A stretch of DNA of 64,000 nucleotides, taken from the IMG/VR virus record IMGVR_UViG_3300031519_000002; one strand, given 5' to 3'. Every line of letters starts with the position of its first letter. The first letter of the stretch is position 1. The notes below the pieces were generated by a model. The model saw nothing but the letters and a program-made list of their open reading frames with translations, was not told the DNA's origin and searched no databases. Source of the stretch: a virus. Made by a program: the position numbers and the translations under genes. This document shows, piece after piece, positions 16,148-25,931 of the stretch.

Positions 16148-17154
16148 AGTTCTTCATATATTCCTAATAATAGTTTCTTGTCGTAGCTTTCTGTGTCGAT
16201 TGCAGATATTTCCTTTGTAACAATCTGATCCACACTTTCAAATGTAGTAATATCAATGTCGGTATGTATTTCATCATCCTTTTGACTAGGAATAAGTGTA
16301 ATCTCTCGACAGTCGTAATCGTTGATAAACGTTTCTTTAATAAAACTTGCTTCTTCGTAACTAATCGGTAAGTCAAGTGTTACTCTCAAGTACATTTTAG
16401 ATTTTAACAACGTGTCTTTTTGATCTAACAGTTGGCTAAGTTTAACAGTACGATACTTAGGACAGTCGATCCAATTAAGATATTCAGGCTCTTTGTTGTT
16501 TTCTTTGTCAAGTATCATCATGCCACGTTCGTCATCCCACGCATCTGCATAGTTGTGCGGAAAAGCATTACCAATATAATGAACTTGACCTTGTACTTGC
16601 CGTTTATGAAAGTGTCCACTAAACACATAGTCTTGATGTTTAAAATGTGATGCTTGCAGTTCTCCGTGATCGGGCATTTGCACCATTGCGTTCATATAGA
16701 AGCTAGGAAGTTCAAAATGACCAAACATATACTTTGTTTTGATATTAGACATATTCTTCCACTCATCGCCTACTAACCACGGAACAAGTGCAACGTCATC
16801 TTCAACGAGTATCTCGTCAATATATGTAATGCCCGGAATATGTTTTCCAAACTCTATACTGTAAACATCTCGCTTGTCTTTATAATATAAATCGTGATTA
16901 CCTGCAAAGAAGTAAAACTTCTCAAAAGCCGCTCCTAGCTTTTCAAGACACCTAGTAGTTGAATCTAGTGTTTGCACGTTAATAGTGTTTCTATTATGAT
17001 GCCAGTCACCACAAAAAATACCAGTTTCGCAACCGTTAGCTTTTGCTTGTGCAATAAACCAATCTACAAATTCTTCACAGTCTTGCAGATGAAGTCGACT
17101 ATTTGACTTTAACCCAAGGTGTATGTCAGTAAATACTGCCGCTTTTTTAAACAT
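16144..17154 (-). CDS. gp47: recombination endonuclease nuclease subunit (gp47, Mre11/SbcD-like)
   Basis: Metallophosphoesterase motifs DIHLG, GDWHH, GNHD, GHFE and SGHFH. Confidence 0.95.
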   Translation of the reverse strand: MFKKAAVFTDIHLGLKSNSRLHLQDCEEFVDWFIAQAKANGCETGIFCGDWHHNRNTINVQTLDSTTRCLEKLGAAFEKFYFFAGNHDLYYKDKRDVYSIEFGKHIPGITYIDEILVEDDVALVPWLVGDEWKNMSNIKTKYMFGHFELPSFYMNAMVQMPDHGELQASHFKHQDYVFSGHFHKRQVQGQVHYIGNAFPHNYADAWDDERGMMILDKENNKEPEYLNWIDCPKYRTVKLSQLLDQKDTLLKSKMYLRVTLDLPISYEEASFIKETFINDYDCREITLIPSQKDDEIHTDIDITTFESVDQIVTKEISAIDTESYDKKLLLGIYEEL

Positions 17155-17173
17155 AGATAATCCTCTTTAATAT

Positions 17174-17202
17174 ATTATAACTTAAACTAGCCTAGAAGTC
17201 AA
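17174..17202 (-). promoter_or_regulatory. host sigma70-type promoter for gp47-gp46
   Basis: TTGACT-N17-TATAAT on the minus strand, followed by an AGAGGA RBS. Confidence 0.85.
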
Positions 17203-18098
17203 GACTTTTTGGTAATTTCACCATGTGTTGTAGTGGTTGCTTTACCGGCATCGTCGTAGGTTGTAATTACTGCATCAGATTGTTTAGGCATGTACTTGAC
17301 TCGTTCTCTTTCCCAGTCACCTTGATTCTGTCTTGTAAAGCTAGGGTTCATGTCGTTCATCTCTAAGATATCATCGCGTATATTTTGCGCACGTTTTTCG
17401 ATATTAATAACTCTTACAAAACTGTTAGTAACTGCGGCAGTGTAATATGCAAAAGGATTATTAGACTTAGATTCGTCAAATTGTAAGCCAATTTGTGCAA
17501 GTTGTAGTATTGCTTGCCCGCGCATTTCGTCATTGTAAGTGTATCCGCGTACATTGCCTCTTGTAGCATAACGATCACATAACTTCATCCACATCATAGC
17601 AAGTTTATTAGTTGCTTTGCCGTGGTCTTTATTAAAGAAGCCGTTCTCCATTCCGCCTTGCCAATGACTTTTGCCTATACATATTAGTTCGTCATTTTCG
17701 TTAAACTTCCAATGTTGAAAGGGAGGAAAGTTTAGCTTTACTCTGTAATCTGCAGGCGTTTTGGGATTCTTTTTGCGACCTGGCTCTTCCGGAATATGTT
17801 CAAACGACATAATACGAAAAACAACATCAGTTTTTAAAACTGTCCTATAATCCACCTCAAACTCAGCTAGTTTCTTTTTACCGCCTGCTAATTTAGAGGC
17901 TTCAAACGCTTCTTGTTGCATACGCTTTGCTTGCACTCGCTTTGCCTCAGCAATAGTTCTAACGTGAATCTTGTCAGTACTAGGTAAGATTAAATCATAT
18001 TGAGAGTATTCAGGTGCAACGTAACTACAAAATGTAGCTTTGGACTTGTGTATTTCTTTCAAAATGTCTTTATTATTTAAATAATTAACTCTTTTCAT
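17199..18098 (-). CDS. gp55: late transcription sigma factor (gp55-like)
   Basis: YLNNKDIL, RGYTYNDEM and FDESKSNNPFAYYTAAVTNSFVRVINIEKR; adjacent to gp47 as in T4-like phages. Confidence 0.9.
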   Translation of the reverse strand: MKRVNYLNNKDILKEIHKSKATFCSYVAPEYSQYDLILPSTDKIHVRTIAEAKRVQAKRMQQEAFEASKLAGGKKKLAEFEVDYRTVLKTDVVFRIMSFEHIPEEPGRKKNPKTPADYRVKLNFPPFQHWKFNENDELICIGKSHWQGGMENGFFNKDHGKATNKLAMMWMKLCDRYATRGNVRGYTYNDEMRGQAILQLAQIGLQFDESKSNNPFAYYTAAVTNSFVRVINIEKRAQNIRDDILEMNDMNPSFTRQNQGDWERERVKYMPKQSDAVITTYDDAGKATTTTHGEITKKS

Positions 18099-18121
18099 GT
18101 TTTCTCCAATGGTTATATACT

Positions 18122-18150
18122 ATTATAAACTACTCTGTTAATAAAGTCAA
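18122..18150 (-). promoter_or_regulatory. host sigma70-type promoter for gp55
   Basis: TTGACT-N17-TATAAT on the minus strand, followed by a GGAG RBS. Confidence 0.85.
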
Positions 18151-18151
18151 C

Positions 18152-18157
18152 TAAATA
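18152..18157 (+). promoter_or_regulatory. late promoter for the baseplate operon
   Basis: CTAAATAAT, back-to-back with the gp55 -35 box, upstream of AGGAG and ATG 18181. Confidence 0.65.
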
Positions 18158-18180
18158 ATGTATATAGGAGACAATTAGAT

Positions 18181-19140
18181 ATGAGCAATATAAGTAATGG
18201 CGGTAAAGTTATGTATCGCAACGGCAAACCAGTTAATAACCCAACACCAACAGGTACTGGAGCCGCCGGACAAAATATAAATTCAAATAATTCTCCAGGC
18301 TCTGGTGCAAACTATGGTGCAATGCTTAACAACGCTATAAATGGTGCAAAAGATACGGGCAACGCTATGGTTGAAAAATTAACGGGCAATTTTGATGCAA
18401 GTTCGTTAAGAGCAGGAAAAGGTCTCAGAGACGCATTAAACAGCGCAGGAATGAATGGCCCAGCAGGTCGACATGGCAGTTCGGCTCCTACTGCTAGTTT
18501 TAGTGATAGTCCAGAAAATAAAGATTGGCGTGTCAAAATATCAATTCCAAATGCAATTAAGGATAAAAACTCTCCGCTGTTGGCTCCAATTGCCGAAAAG
18601 GGTTTTATATTTCCATATACCCCGACAATTATAATCAGCCATAATGCTAATTATAATTCAGTAGCTCCTATACATAATAATTATCCATTTTTTGCTTATC
18701 AAAACTCACAAGTGGATCAATTAACAATAGTAGGACAGTTTTATGTACAAAATGCAGTTGAAGCAAAATACTGGACAGCATGTTTGCATTTCTTAAGAGC
18801 TATGACAAAAATGGATTATGGTTCCGGTAGTACAGGTTCACCTCCTCCTATCGCAAAGTTAAGCGGATACGGAGATTATGTGTTTAATAATGTTCCAGTT
18901 GTAATAACAAACTTTACAGTTGATATGCCAAATGAAGTAGATTATATATCTACTGGTACTGGCACCGCTGGAGGAGATGATCCAACAGGTAATACCTCCG
19001 GAAAATCAGAATTTGGTTGGGCACCAGCAGAATCTCAATTTTCTTTAACAGTGCAACCAATATACAGCAGAGACAAACAGACTAAATTTAGTTATGGTGA
19101 TTTTGTTAAAGGTTCAAATCTAGGCGCGGGGTACATTTAA
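18181..19140 (+). CDS. baseplate/tail tube initiator-like protein (gp48/gp54-like)
   Basis: FPYTPTI, PPPIAKLSGYGDYVFNNVPVVITNFTVD tube-fold-like motifs; precedes the gp53-like gene. Confidence 0.6.
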   Translation: MSNISNGGKVMYRNGKPVNNPTPTGTGAAGQNINSNNSPGSGANYGAMLNNAINGAKDTGNAMVEKLTGNFDASSLRAGKGLRDALNSAGMNGPAGRHGSSAPTASFSDSPENKDWRVKISIPNAIKDKNSPLLAPIAEKGFIFPYTPTIIISHNANYNSVAPIHNNYPFFAYQNSQVDQLTIVGQFYVQNAVEAKYWTACLHFLRAMTKMDYGSGSTGSPPPIAKLSGYGDYVFNNVPVVITNFTVDMPNEVDYISTGTGTAGGDDPTGNTSGKSEFGWAPAESQFSLTVQPIYSRDKQTKFSYGDFVKGSNLGAGYI

Positions 19141-19430
19141 TGAGTAGCAGTCCATATTCAAAAACAAAAATGACAAACAGTGGAACACTGGATATTTTAA
19201 CAATCAGGCCTGTTCCGGCATACGCTGATGATCCGATATATACTATAGAGCCGCAATACAATCATAGGCCTGATTTATTAGCATTTGATTTGTATGGCGA
19301 CCACAAGCTATGGTGGATATTTGCTCAAAGAAATTTAGATGCAATTGAAGACCCAATATATGATATTGTAGCTGGAACAAAAATTTATCTTCCAGCCGCA
19401 GAACGGGTAAAACAAGTCCTAGGAACATAA
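19140..19430 (+). CDS. gp53: baseplate wedge protein (gp53-like, LysM-type)
   Basis: RPDLLAFDLYGDHKLWWIFAQRN and GTKIYLP. Confidence 0.8.
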   Translation: MSSSPYSKTKMTNSGTLDILTIRPVPAYADDPIYTIEPQYNHRPDLLAFDLYGDHKLWWIFAQRNLDAIEDPIYDIVAGTKIYLPAAERVKQVLGT

Positions 19431-19435
19431 ACATC

Positions 19436-22231
19436 ATGTCAGATCACCACCCATCGCAATACGGTGCAATTAATAAAGCAGGCGACGCTGTTGTTAGAGT
19501 TGTAGATAGTGTAACTGATGCCGCCAAAGCTACAGTAGGTGATATAAGTGCCGCTGGCATCCCTATATATTCAGGACCAGGATCAGCCGCCGCACAAGCA
19601 CTCAATATGACCAGCCAACTTCGAGGCGCTGGTGCCGGTATTGATGGACCTGCTGGGGGATATACTCAAAATAATCCTCATCAAGGCGAACAAGCACCTG
19701 CAGAAAAGACTTTGCCGTTGCCCAACGATCTTGAAAGGTTTGCATCATATAATAATATCTTTACATTTGGATGCATAAGTCCTGAAGAAATAAACTTTCC
19801 AGACAAGACTTATAGGCAAAGTGGACTACAACCAGGAAAAATCCTTTTAAGGTCTAATGGTCTTTCGACAGGCGACAAGCCTAGAACATATGCTGAACAA
19901 GCATATAACATTGACACTCAGTATTTTATTGATGATGTAGAAATTGAAACTGTAGTTGCTCCTAATACAAAAAGTAGAGCAACAAACTTTCATACTATGC
20001 GTTTTAAAATTAGAGAACCGTATAGTATGGGACAGCTTTTACAAAGTATGCAACTTTGTGCAACTAATGCCGGGTATGCTAATTATTTGGAAGCACCGTG
20101 GTTACTAATAGTTGAATTTTTAGGTTACACCAATGATAGCGACACTGCATCTAGTTTACCATATAAAAAAATGCTTCCTTTAAAAATTGTAAATGTTGCA
20201 TTTAATGTAGACACAGAAGGATCAAATTACGATTTTGTATGTAGTGCATTTAATGACGATGCATATAGTGATTCTAATCAAGGTATTCCTGTTGATATAA
20301 CAGTTTCGGGTAACAATCTTGAGCAAATTTGTCAATCTGGTTTAAGTAGTTTAGCAACACACATTAATACACATCATCTAAACGCTCGAAAAAATGAAGA
20401 TGATCCCGAATACGAAATTGACGAATATATGTTTGCGTTTCCAAATGATAACGCTAGTAAACGTATTGGCGATCTTCTAGCAACAGAGTCTTCTAATAAT
20501 ACTGCAACAGTTGGAACAGCAACAAAACCTAACAGTAGCCCAGAAGAAGTACAAGCGGCACTAGCAACTGTGGCTGGAGATAGAAATGAGTATGGACAAC
20601 ATTCGGGTATAGCTTACAACTTTGAACCCTACAGTAGGGACACAAATGTAGCCTTAGAAAAAAGACTTGTAGACGGCAGGCTCGGATACAGTTTAAAACG
20701 TAGTAATATGAGCCAAGCACTTAAAAAGATATTAACAGGTTCTGAAGGTGATGTAAGTGAAATTGGCACAAGAAAAATATTACCAGAAAATCCGTTGAGC
20801 GGTGGTGAATCACCGTATGGCTTTTCTAATTTTGCACTGAATCCAGAAACTCAATTACTGGAAAGAGGCGGAACAAAGATTAACCCAACACAGCGCACAA
20901 TTACATTTACTCGTGGTACAAAAATACAACGAATTTTAGAAGAACTAGTGTTATTAAGTGATTTTGGAAAAAGGTTAGCAGATACTGCGGCCTTCAAAAC
21001 AGACGGGTTTATAGATTGGTTTAGAATTGAAGCAAGTGTGTATATAATAGAAGATAAAAAGTTTGAAGCAAAGCACAGTAGGCACCCTAGAATTTATCTT
21101 TATAAAGTACTACCGTACAGAGTACACTCGAGTGTATTTAAAATGCCAAATTCACCACCGTCTGGATACGACAAAGTAGTTCAGCAAGCAGTAAAGTCTT
21201 ACAACTACATGTACACTGGATTAAACAAAGACATTCTTGAATTTGACATTCAGTTTGACAATCAATTTTATGCGGCAATAGCATCTGATTCAAATAGACT
21301 AGACGGTGCGAATGATCAAAAATCAGGAGGCCCGCCACCAGGACATCCTGAGTACAATATGGGAGCAACCTTCACTGGTACAAATCTTTCAGACAATAAA
21401 AAACTTAAACGAATTGTTGGATCCGGGACACAAGGCGGCGGAACAGGAGCGATGATTGAAACATCATCAATTAAACTAGCAAGACAGTTTAACGAAGCAG
21501 TGATGAATAGTGAATCTGATCTAATTTCAATGAAGATTAAAGTGTTAGGAGATCCGTATTATATTGCAGACAGTGGTATAGGAAATTATAATTCTGAAAA
21601 TACAGCGTATTACAATATTAATGCTGACGGAACAATGAATCATCAAAGCGGAGAAGTTGACATATTAATGAATTTCCAAACACCGATTGATATAAATGAC
21701 AATACTGGCGGTTATAGCATGGACGGCTCGGCGTTAGGTGTTGCTAACTTTAGTGGATTGTATAGGGTAATAACAGTAAGAAATATGTTTAATGGAAATT
21801 TGTTCACACAAGAAATTGATCTAGTAAAACGTCCAAACTTTAAAGCAAAAGACGTAGCACCTGATAATAAAGAATTACTACAAACACCAGCACAAGAGCA
21901 AGAAAAGAAAGTAGCTGAAATTTTAGAAAAATACGGTGACGATAATGCGTACTACAACTTTGCTAATGCTGACACAGACGGCAGTGGTGATCTAAACGAT
22001 ATTGAACTGAAAAAAGCTGGCCTTGATGAATTATCTGGATCAAAACTAGCAAAGGCTTCTGGCAAATTGCCACCAACACTAGCTGAAACAGCTAAAAAAG
22101 CCGCAGACCTAAAATCGGAACAGACGGCAGTACAGAATACACTCCAATCAGAATACGAAAAGGCAAGCGGCACTGGCATTGCACAGACAGCGGCCCAAAC
22201 GATCCGTCAAGAAGGTGAGTTCGGAACCTAA
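19436..22231 (+). CDS. putative baseplate hub protein (gp27/VgrG N-terminal-like)
   Basis: 931 aa between gp53 and gp5, with IKVLGDP and FSGLYRVITVRNMF..NLFTQEIDL hub-type C-terminal motifs. Confidence 0.55.
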   Translation: MSDHHPSQYGAINKAGDAVVRVVDSVTDAAKATVGDISAAGIPIYSGPGSAAAQALNMTSQLRGAGAGIDGPAGGYTQNNPHQGEQAPAEKTLPLPNDLERFASYNNIFTFGCISPEEINFPDKTYRQSGLQPGKILLRSNGLSTGDKPRTYAEQAYNIDTQYFIDDVEIETVVAPNTKSRATNFHTMRFKIREPYSMGQLLQSMQLCATNAGYANYLEAPWLLIVEFLGYTNDSDTASSLPYKKMLPLKIVNVAFNVDTEGSNYDFVCSAFNDDAYSDSNQGIPVDITVSGNNLEQICQSGLSSLATHINTHHLNARKNEDDPEYEIDEYMFAFPNDNASKRIGDLLATESSNNTATVGTATKPNSSPEEVQAALATVAGDRNEYGQHSGIAYNFEPYSRDTNVALEKRLVDGRLGYSLKRSNMSQALKKILTGSEGDVSEIGTRKILPENPLSGGESPYGFSNFALNPETQLLERGGTKINPTQRTITFTRGTKIQRILEELVLLSDFGKRLADTAAFKTDGFIDWFRIEASVYIIEDKKFEAKHSRHPRIYLYKVLPYRVHSSVFKMPNSPPSGYDKVVQQAVKSYNYMYTGLNKDILEFDIQFDNQFYAAIASDSNRLDGANDQKSGGPPPGHPEYNMGATFTGTNLSDNKKLKRIVGSGTQGGGTGAMIETSSIKLARQFNEAVMNSESDLISMKIKVLGDPYYIADSGIGNYNSENTAYYNINADGTMNHQSGEVDILMNFQTPIDINDNTGGYSMDGSALGVANFSGLYRVITVRNMFNGNLFTQEIDLVKRPNFKAKDVAPDNKELLQTPAQEQEKKVAEILEKYGDDNAYYNFANADTDGSGDLNDIELKKAGLDELSGSKLAKASGKLPPTLAETAKKAADLKSEQTAVQNTLQSEYEKASGTGIAQTAAQTIRQEGEFGT

Positions 22232-22234
22232 ATA
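22229..22234 (+). promoter_or_regulatory. late promoter overlapping stop codon
   Basis: ACC TAAATA TGAGGA upstream of gp5. Confidence 0.5.
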
Positions 22235-22250
22235 TGAGGAATAATAATTA

Positions 22251-24977
22251 ATGACACAACCACGTGAATTACCAGCCAACTCAAGAGATAAAAGGTCTGC
22301 TGGTGCTCCTAATGGGCAGATGCCTCCGGGGCCGTTCTTAGCAAGAGTAGTTAGTCATTTAGATGCTAAACGACAGGGTTCCTTAAAAGTAGAACTTCTT
22401 ACAAATACAATAAGTTCAAATGATGCAGGATACGAACCTGGACAATTAGTTACAGTAAGATACTGTATGCCGTTTTACGGAGTAACAGATTTAGATGCTA
22501 GTTCAAAAAATGATGATTATGCGGCAACACAACAAAGCTATGGGTTTTGGGCAGTTCCGCCTGATCCAGGATCTAAGGTATTGGTCATTTTTGCTGAAGG
22601 ACAAATAAACCAAGGATATTGGATTGGTTGTGTGCAAGATGATTATATGAACTTTCAAGTTCCGGCAGGAAGTCCAGCAGACAAGGCTTCAAATGTAATA
22701 CAGGATACACTTACAACTCAATTTAAAAATAAAGATTTGCCAGTTGGTGAGTATAACAAACTTGATCCTAAAGATAGAAACAAAGGAAATGATCCAGATA
22801 AGTTTCCAAGACCACATAATCCTTTTATGGTTAATGTGCTTTCTAAGCAAGGATTAATTGATGATATTATTAGAGGATTAACAACTACAAGTTCTAGAAG
22901 AGATATTCCAAATACAGTATATGGATGGAATACTCCGGGCCCATTAGACAAGCGTGACGGTGCACCTAAAGGAAAATACGGTGAAAAAGGCCAACATGTT
23001 GAATATTATAAAAGTAGACTCGGCGGATCAGCGTTTACTATGGACGATGGAGATCCTACACTTATTCGTGCAGGACTTGCAAAAGACAGTCCTGCAAAGT
23101 ATTTTGATCTTGAAAAAACTCCAAAAAATGTTTCTAAAGGAAATGTCGGATTACCATTTAATGAACACATTAGATTAAAAACTAGAACTGGACACCAAAT
23201 ACTTTTACATAATACTGAAGACTTAATTTACATAGGTAATGCAAATGGCAGTGCTTGGATTGAATTAACTTCGCAAGGTAAAATTGATATATTTGCAGAT
23301 GATAGTATTAGTTTACGTTCAGGCAACGATGTAAATATTCACGCAGACAGAGACATTAACTATTCTGCTAAACGAGATTTTAATATTAATGCTGGTAGAG
23401 ATCATTTTGTTACTGCTCAGGATAACATGGATACAAAAGTAGGCATTGATAAAAAGGTATTTGTTGGTAATAAAAATGATACTTGGATCGGTGAAAACAA
23501 TACACTAGCAGTCGGTGCTAATCAAAACATACAAATTAAAGGCAGTGATACTAAGACTGTTACAGGCAACTATAGTTTACAAGTAGCGGCAAACGGCTCG
23601 GTTGCTATTAACGGAGAATTTAGTAGTAAGGTTGCAGGCAACTATAGACAAACTGTTTCTGGAGCATACAACTTAAACACAGTAGGTGATAATAAATTAA
23701 CAAGTGGTGCAACAACACAAATTAAAAGTGCTACAAATAATAAATTAGATGCAGGAGCTAACACTGAAATTAAGTCTGGAGGGAATCATGCTGAAACAGC
23801 ATCTGGTCAAATCCATATGAATAGTGCAATAGTTGCTTCAGCATCAGACTCGGCAGATAGCATTAGCGATACATTTACTACACCGGTAACAGAAGACGCA
23901 TCTAGTCAAGTAGTTGATAAAGACGGCACGGCAATAGCAAATGTGCCAGTTACTGCAAGTGCAACAAGAGCCGCAGAATCAGCATACGCTAAATGGCCAA
24001 AGCGTGTTCCAACTAGAGAGCCTTGGAACGGTCACGAAAATTTAAATCCATTAGCCCATGTTCCTAACTTAACACAAAGTATTACATCACCCCCTCCCGC
24101 TATTAGACAAGTTAATACACTTGTTAATGACGAAGCTGATGCATCACCAAATATTAATGAACTGTCAGGTCCAACTGTAGCAAACATTGGAACTGTTCAA
24201 GTTACAGATCCCGAAACAGGACAAACTAGAACAGTACCGGCACCGCAACAAGTCGTGCTAGGTAAAGATGAGCCAGTAGGGCAACAACCAGCCGCTCCTG
24301 TACCGGTTAATGATATGCAGAGATACTTCTTGTATACATTAATGCAGAAACAAGGACTAACGCTAACAAGTGCAACTGATCCCGTTAATCCAGGAAATGC
24401 ACAAGCTATTGCAATGGCGATGGCGCAAGTACAACGTGAATGCGGATTCAAACCACAAAGCGAAAACTTGAATTACAGTGCAAAACGTTTACGTGAAGTA
24501 TTTCCGAGCCGTGTTAAATCAGATCAGTTTGCACAGGAACTTGCGGCCGCAGGACCACCGGCCATTGGTAATACAATTTATGGTGGACGTTTTGAAAACG
24601 GTCCTGACGAGGGTTACAAATATAGAGGTCGCGGACTTATTCAGTTAACATTTAAGGAAAACTATCGAAAAATCGGCGGCAAAGCTGGTGTTAATGTAGT
24701 AGACAATCCAGACCTAGCAAATGATCCAGAAGTGGCAAACAAATTAGCAGTGGCATATCTTACAAGTAAGTCAATTAATTGGGCTGATTCTAGTATGAGT
24801 AGCCTAGGTGGACAATTTGCATCAGCAGTTGGATATGCTAGACAAGGTGGAGAAACTGCAAAGCGTGTTGGCATTGGTCAAGGCTTCTTACAGAAACTAA
24901 TTAACGGCGAATTAACACCATTGTCTAGCTTAACAACAACACCCCCTCCGGGAAGTGGTACGTTGGAGATTAGTTAA
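22251..24977 (+). CDS. gp5: baseplate central spike (gp5/VgrG-like) with C-terminal GH19 lysozyme/chitinase domain
   Basis: OB-fold motif PPDPGSKVLVIF..G....GYWIG, TRTGHQILL, long beta-helix repeats, then ENLNYSA and YKYRGRGLIQLT..NY of GH19. Confidence 0.85.
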   Translation: MTQPRELPANSRDKRSAGAPNGQMPPGPFLARVVSHLDAKRQGSLKVELLTNTISSNDAGYEPGQLVTVRYCMPFYGVTDLDASSKNDDYAATQQSYGFWAVPPDPGSKVLVIFAEGQINQGYWIGCVQDDYMNFQVPAGSPADKASNVIQDTLTTQFKNKDLPVGEYNKLDPKDRNKGNDPDKFPRPHNPFMVNVLSKQGLIDDIIRGLTTTSSRRDIPNTVYGWNTPGPLDKRDGAPKGKYGEKGQHVEYYKSRLGGSAFTMDDGDPTLIRAGLAKDSPAKYFDLEKTPKNVSKGNVGLPFNEHIRLKTRTGHQILLHNTEDLIYIGNANGSAWIELTSQGKIDIFADDSISLRSGNDVNIHADRDINYSAKRDFNINAGRDHFVTAQDNMDTKVGIDKKVFVGNKNDTWIGENNTLAVGANQNIQIKGSDTKTVTGNYSLQVAANGSVAINGEFSSKVAGNYRQTVSGAYNLNTVGDNKLTSGATTQIKSATNNKLDAGANTEIKSGGNHAETASGQIHMNSAIVASASDSADSISDTFTTPVTEDASSQVVDKDGTAIANVPVTASATRAAESAYAKWPKRVPTREPWNGHENLNPLAHVPNLTQSITSPPPAIRQVNTLVNDEADASPNINELSGPTVANIGTVQVTDPETGQTRTVPAPQQVVLGKDEPVGQQPAAPVPVNDMQRYFLYTLMQKQGLTLTSATDPVNPGNAQAIAMAMAQVQRECGFKPQSENLNYSAKRLREVFPSRVKSDQFAQELAAAGPPAIGNTIYGGRFENGPDEGYKYRGRGLIQLTFKENYRKIGGKAGVNVVDNPDLANDPEVANKLAVAYLTSKSINWADSSMSSLGGQFASAVGYARQGGETAKRVGIGQGFLQKLINGELTPLSSLTTTPPPGSGTLEIS

Positions 24978-25918
24978 TGCCAGGAATAAGCAGAAATAAC
25001 GATACATCAGGAGGAGACTTACAGCCAAGCCGGGCAACTGTTTTTGCTAATGGAGAATTAGTAATTGTAGATAATGATGGTGTAGCAGGACACGGAGTAC
25101 TACCTCATATTCCTCAAAATATTATTGCTGGGTCTAATAATGTTTTTATTGGCGGCATAGCAGTATGCAACGCAGGCGATGGAAATACGGTTTGTGGACA
25201 CACGGCTACGGGTAGCAGTGATGTTATTGTAGGTGATGCCGCAGACGCAGTTGCTATAGTACTCGGAGTAACTAATTTTAGTAGGCCAGAAGTAGAAGCA
25301 CTTGACATATTAGCAGGCAGAGTTGTTGAAGAAGCTAACGGCGTTGACCCTGACCAAAATGAAGGAACAGAATATGGTGACGGTGGCATTGCAACAGTTG
25401 TCGGAGGTTCCGCTAACAGATATGCCAATGTAAGTCCTGTTAATAATGTTTCAGGACCAATTGATGCAAACATTGCTGTAACTGAAACACCTAGTGATCA
25501 GCCTAGTAATGCTAACGGAGAGTATATACGATGGTTATCACACGTTGATTCAAGAGTAAAACCAGAAGTTGTTACTAATCTAGAAGGTGTATCGCAACAG
25601 GTAGGTTATCAGCTACAAGTGACTAGCGGATATCGTTCGCCTGAATATAATGCAAATGTAGGCGGAGCAAAACGAAGTCAACACATGCTAGGAAACGCAA
25701 CAGATATTGTGCAAACTGGGTTGACAACACAACAGAGAAAAGATTTTATACAAGCGGCGATTGACAATGGGTTTACTGCTATTGGCGTTTATAATACTTT
25801 TACTCATATAGATATTCGCGGAGCAAAAGTTGCATGGGGAAGCAATGGTAGTAGGACCACACTTCCAAATTATCCTTGGGCGTTAGAAATACTTCGTGCA
25901 AACGGGTATCCTTATTAA
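24977..25918 (+). CDS. PAAR-like spike tip (gp5.4-like) fused to peptidase M15
   Basis: N-terminal TVFANG..GH..PH..GSNNVFIGG..GD..CGH..GSSDV; C-terminal SGYRSPEYNANVGGAKRSQHMLGNATDI...FTHID. Confidence 0.85.
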   Translation: MPGISRNNDTSGGDLQPSRATVFANGELVIVDNDGVAGHGVLPHIPQNIIAGSNNVFIGGIAVCNAGDGNTVCGHTATGSSDVIVGDAADAVAIVLGVTNFSRPEVEALDILAGRVVEEANGVDPDQNEGTEYGDGGIATVVGGSANRYANVSPVNNVSGPIDANIAVTETPSDQPSNANGEYIRWLSHVDSRVKPEVVTNLEGVSQQVGYQLQVTSGYRSPEYNANVGGAKRSQHMLGNATDIVQTGLTTQQRKDFIQAAIDNGFTAIGVYNTFTHIDIRGAKVAWGSNGSRTTLPNYPWALEILRANGYPY

Positions 25919-25921
25919 AGG

Positions 25922-25927
25922 TAAATA
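25922..25927 (+). promoter_or_regulatory. late promoter 4 nt before the gp25 ATG
   Basis: GG TAAATA CAGT ATG. Confidence 0.55.
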
Positions 25928-25931
25928 CAGT

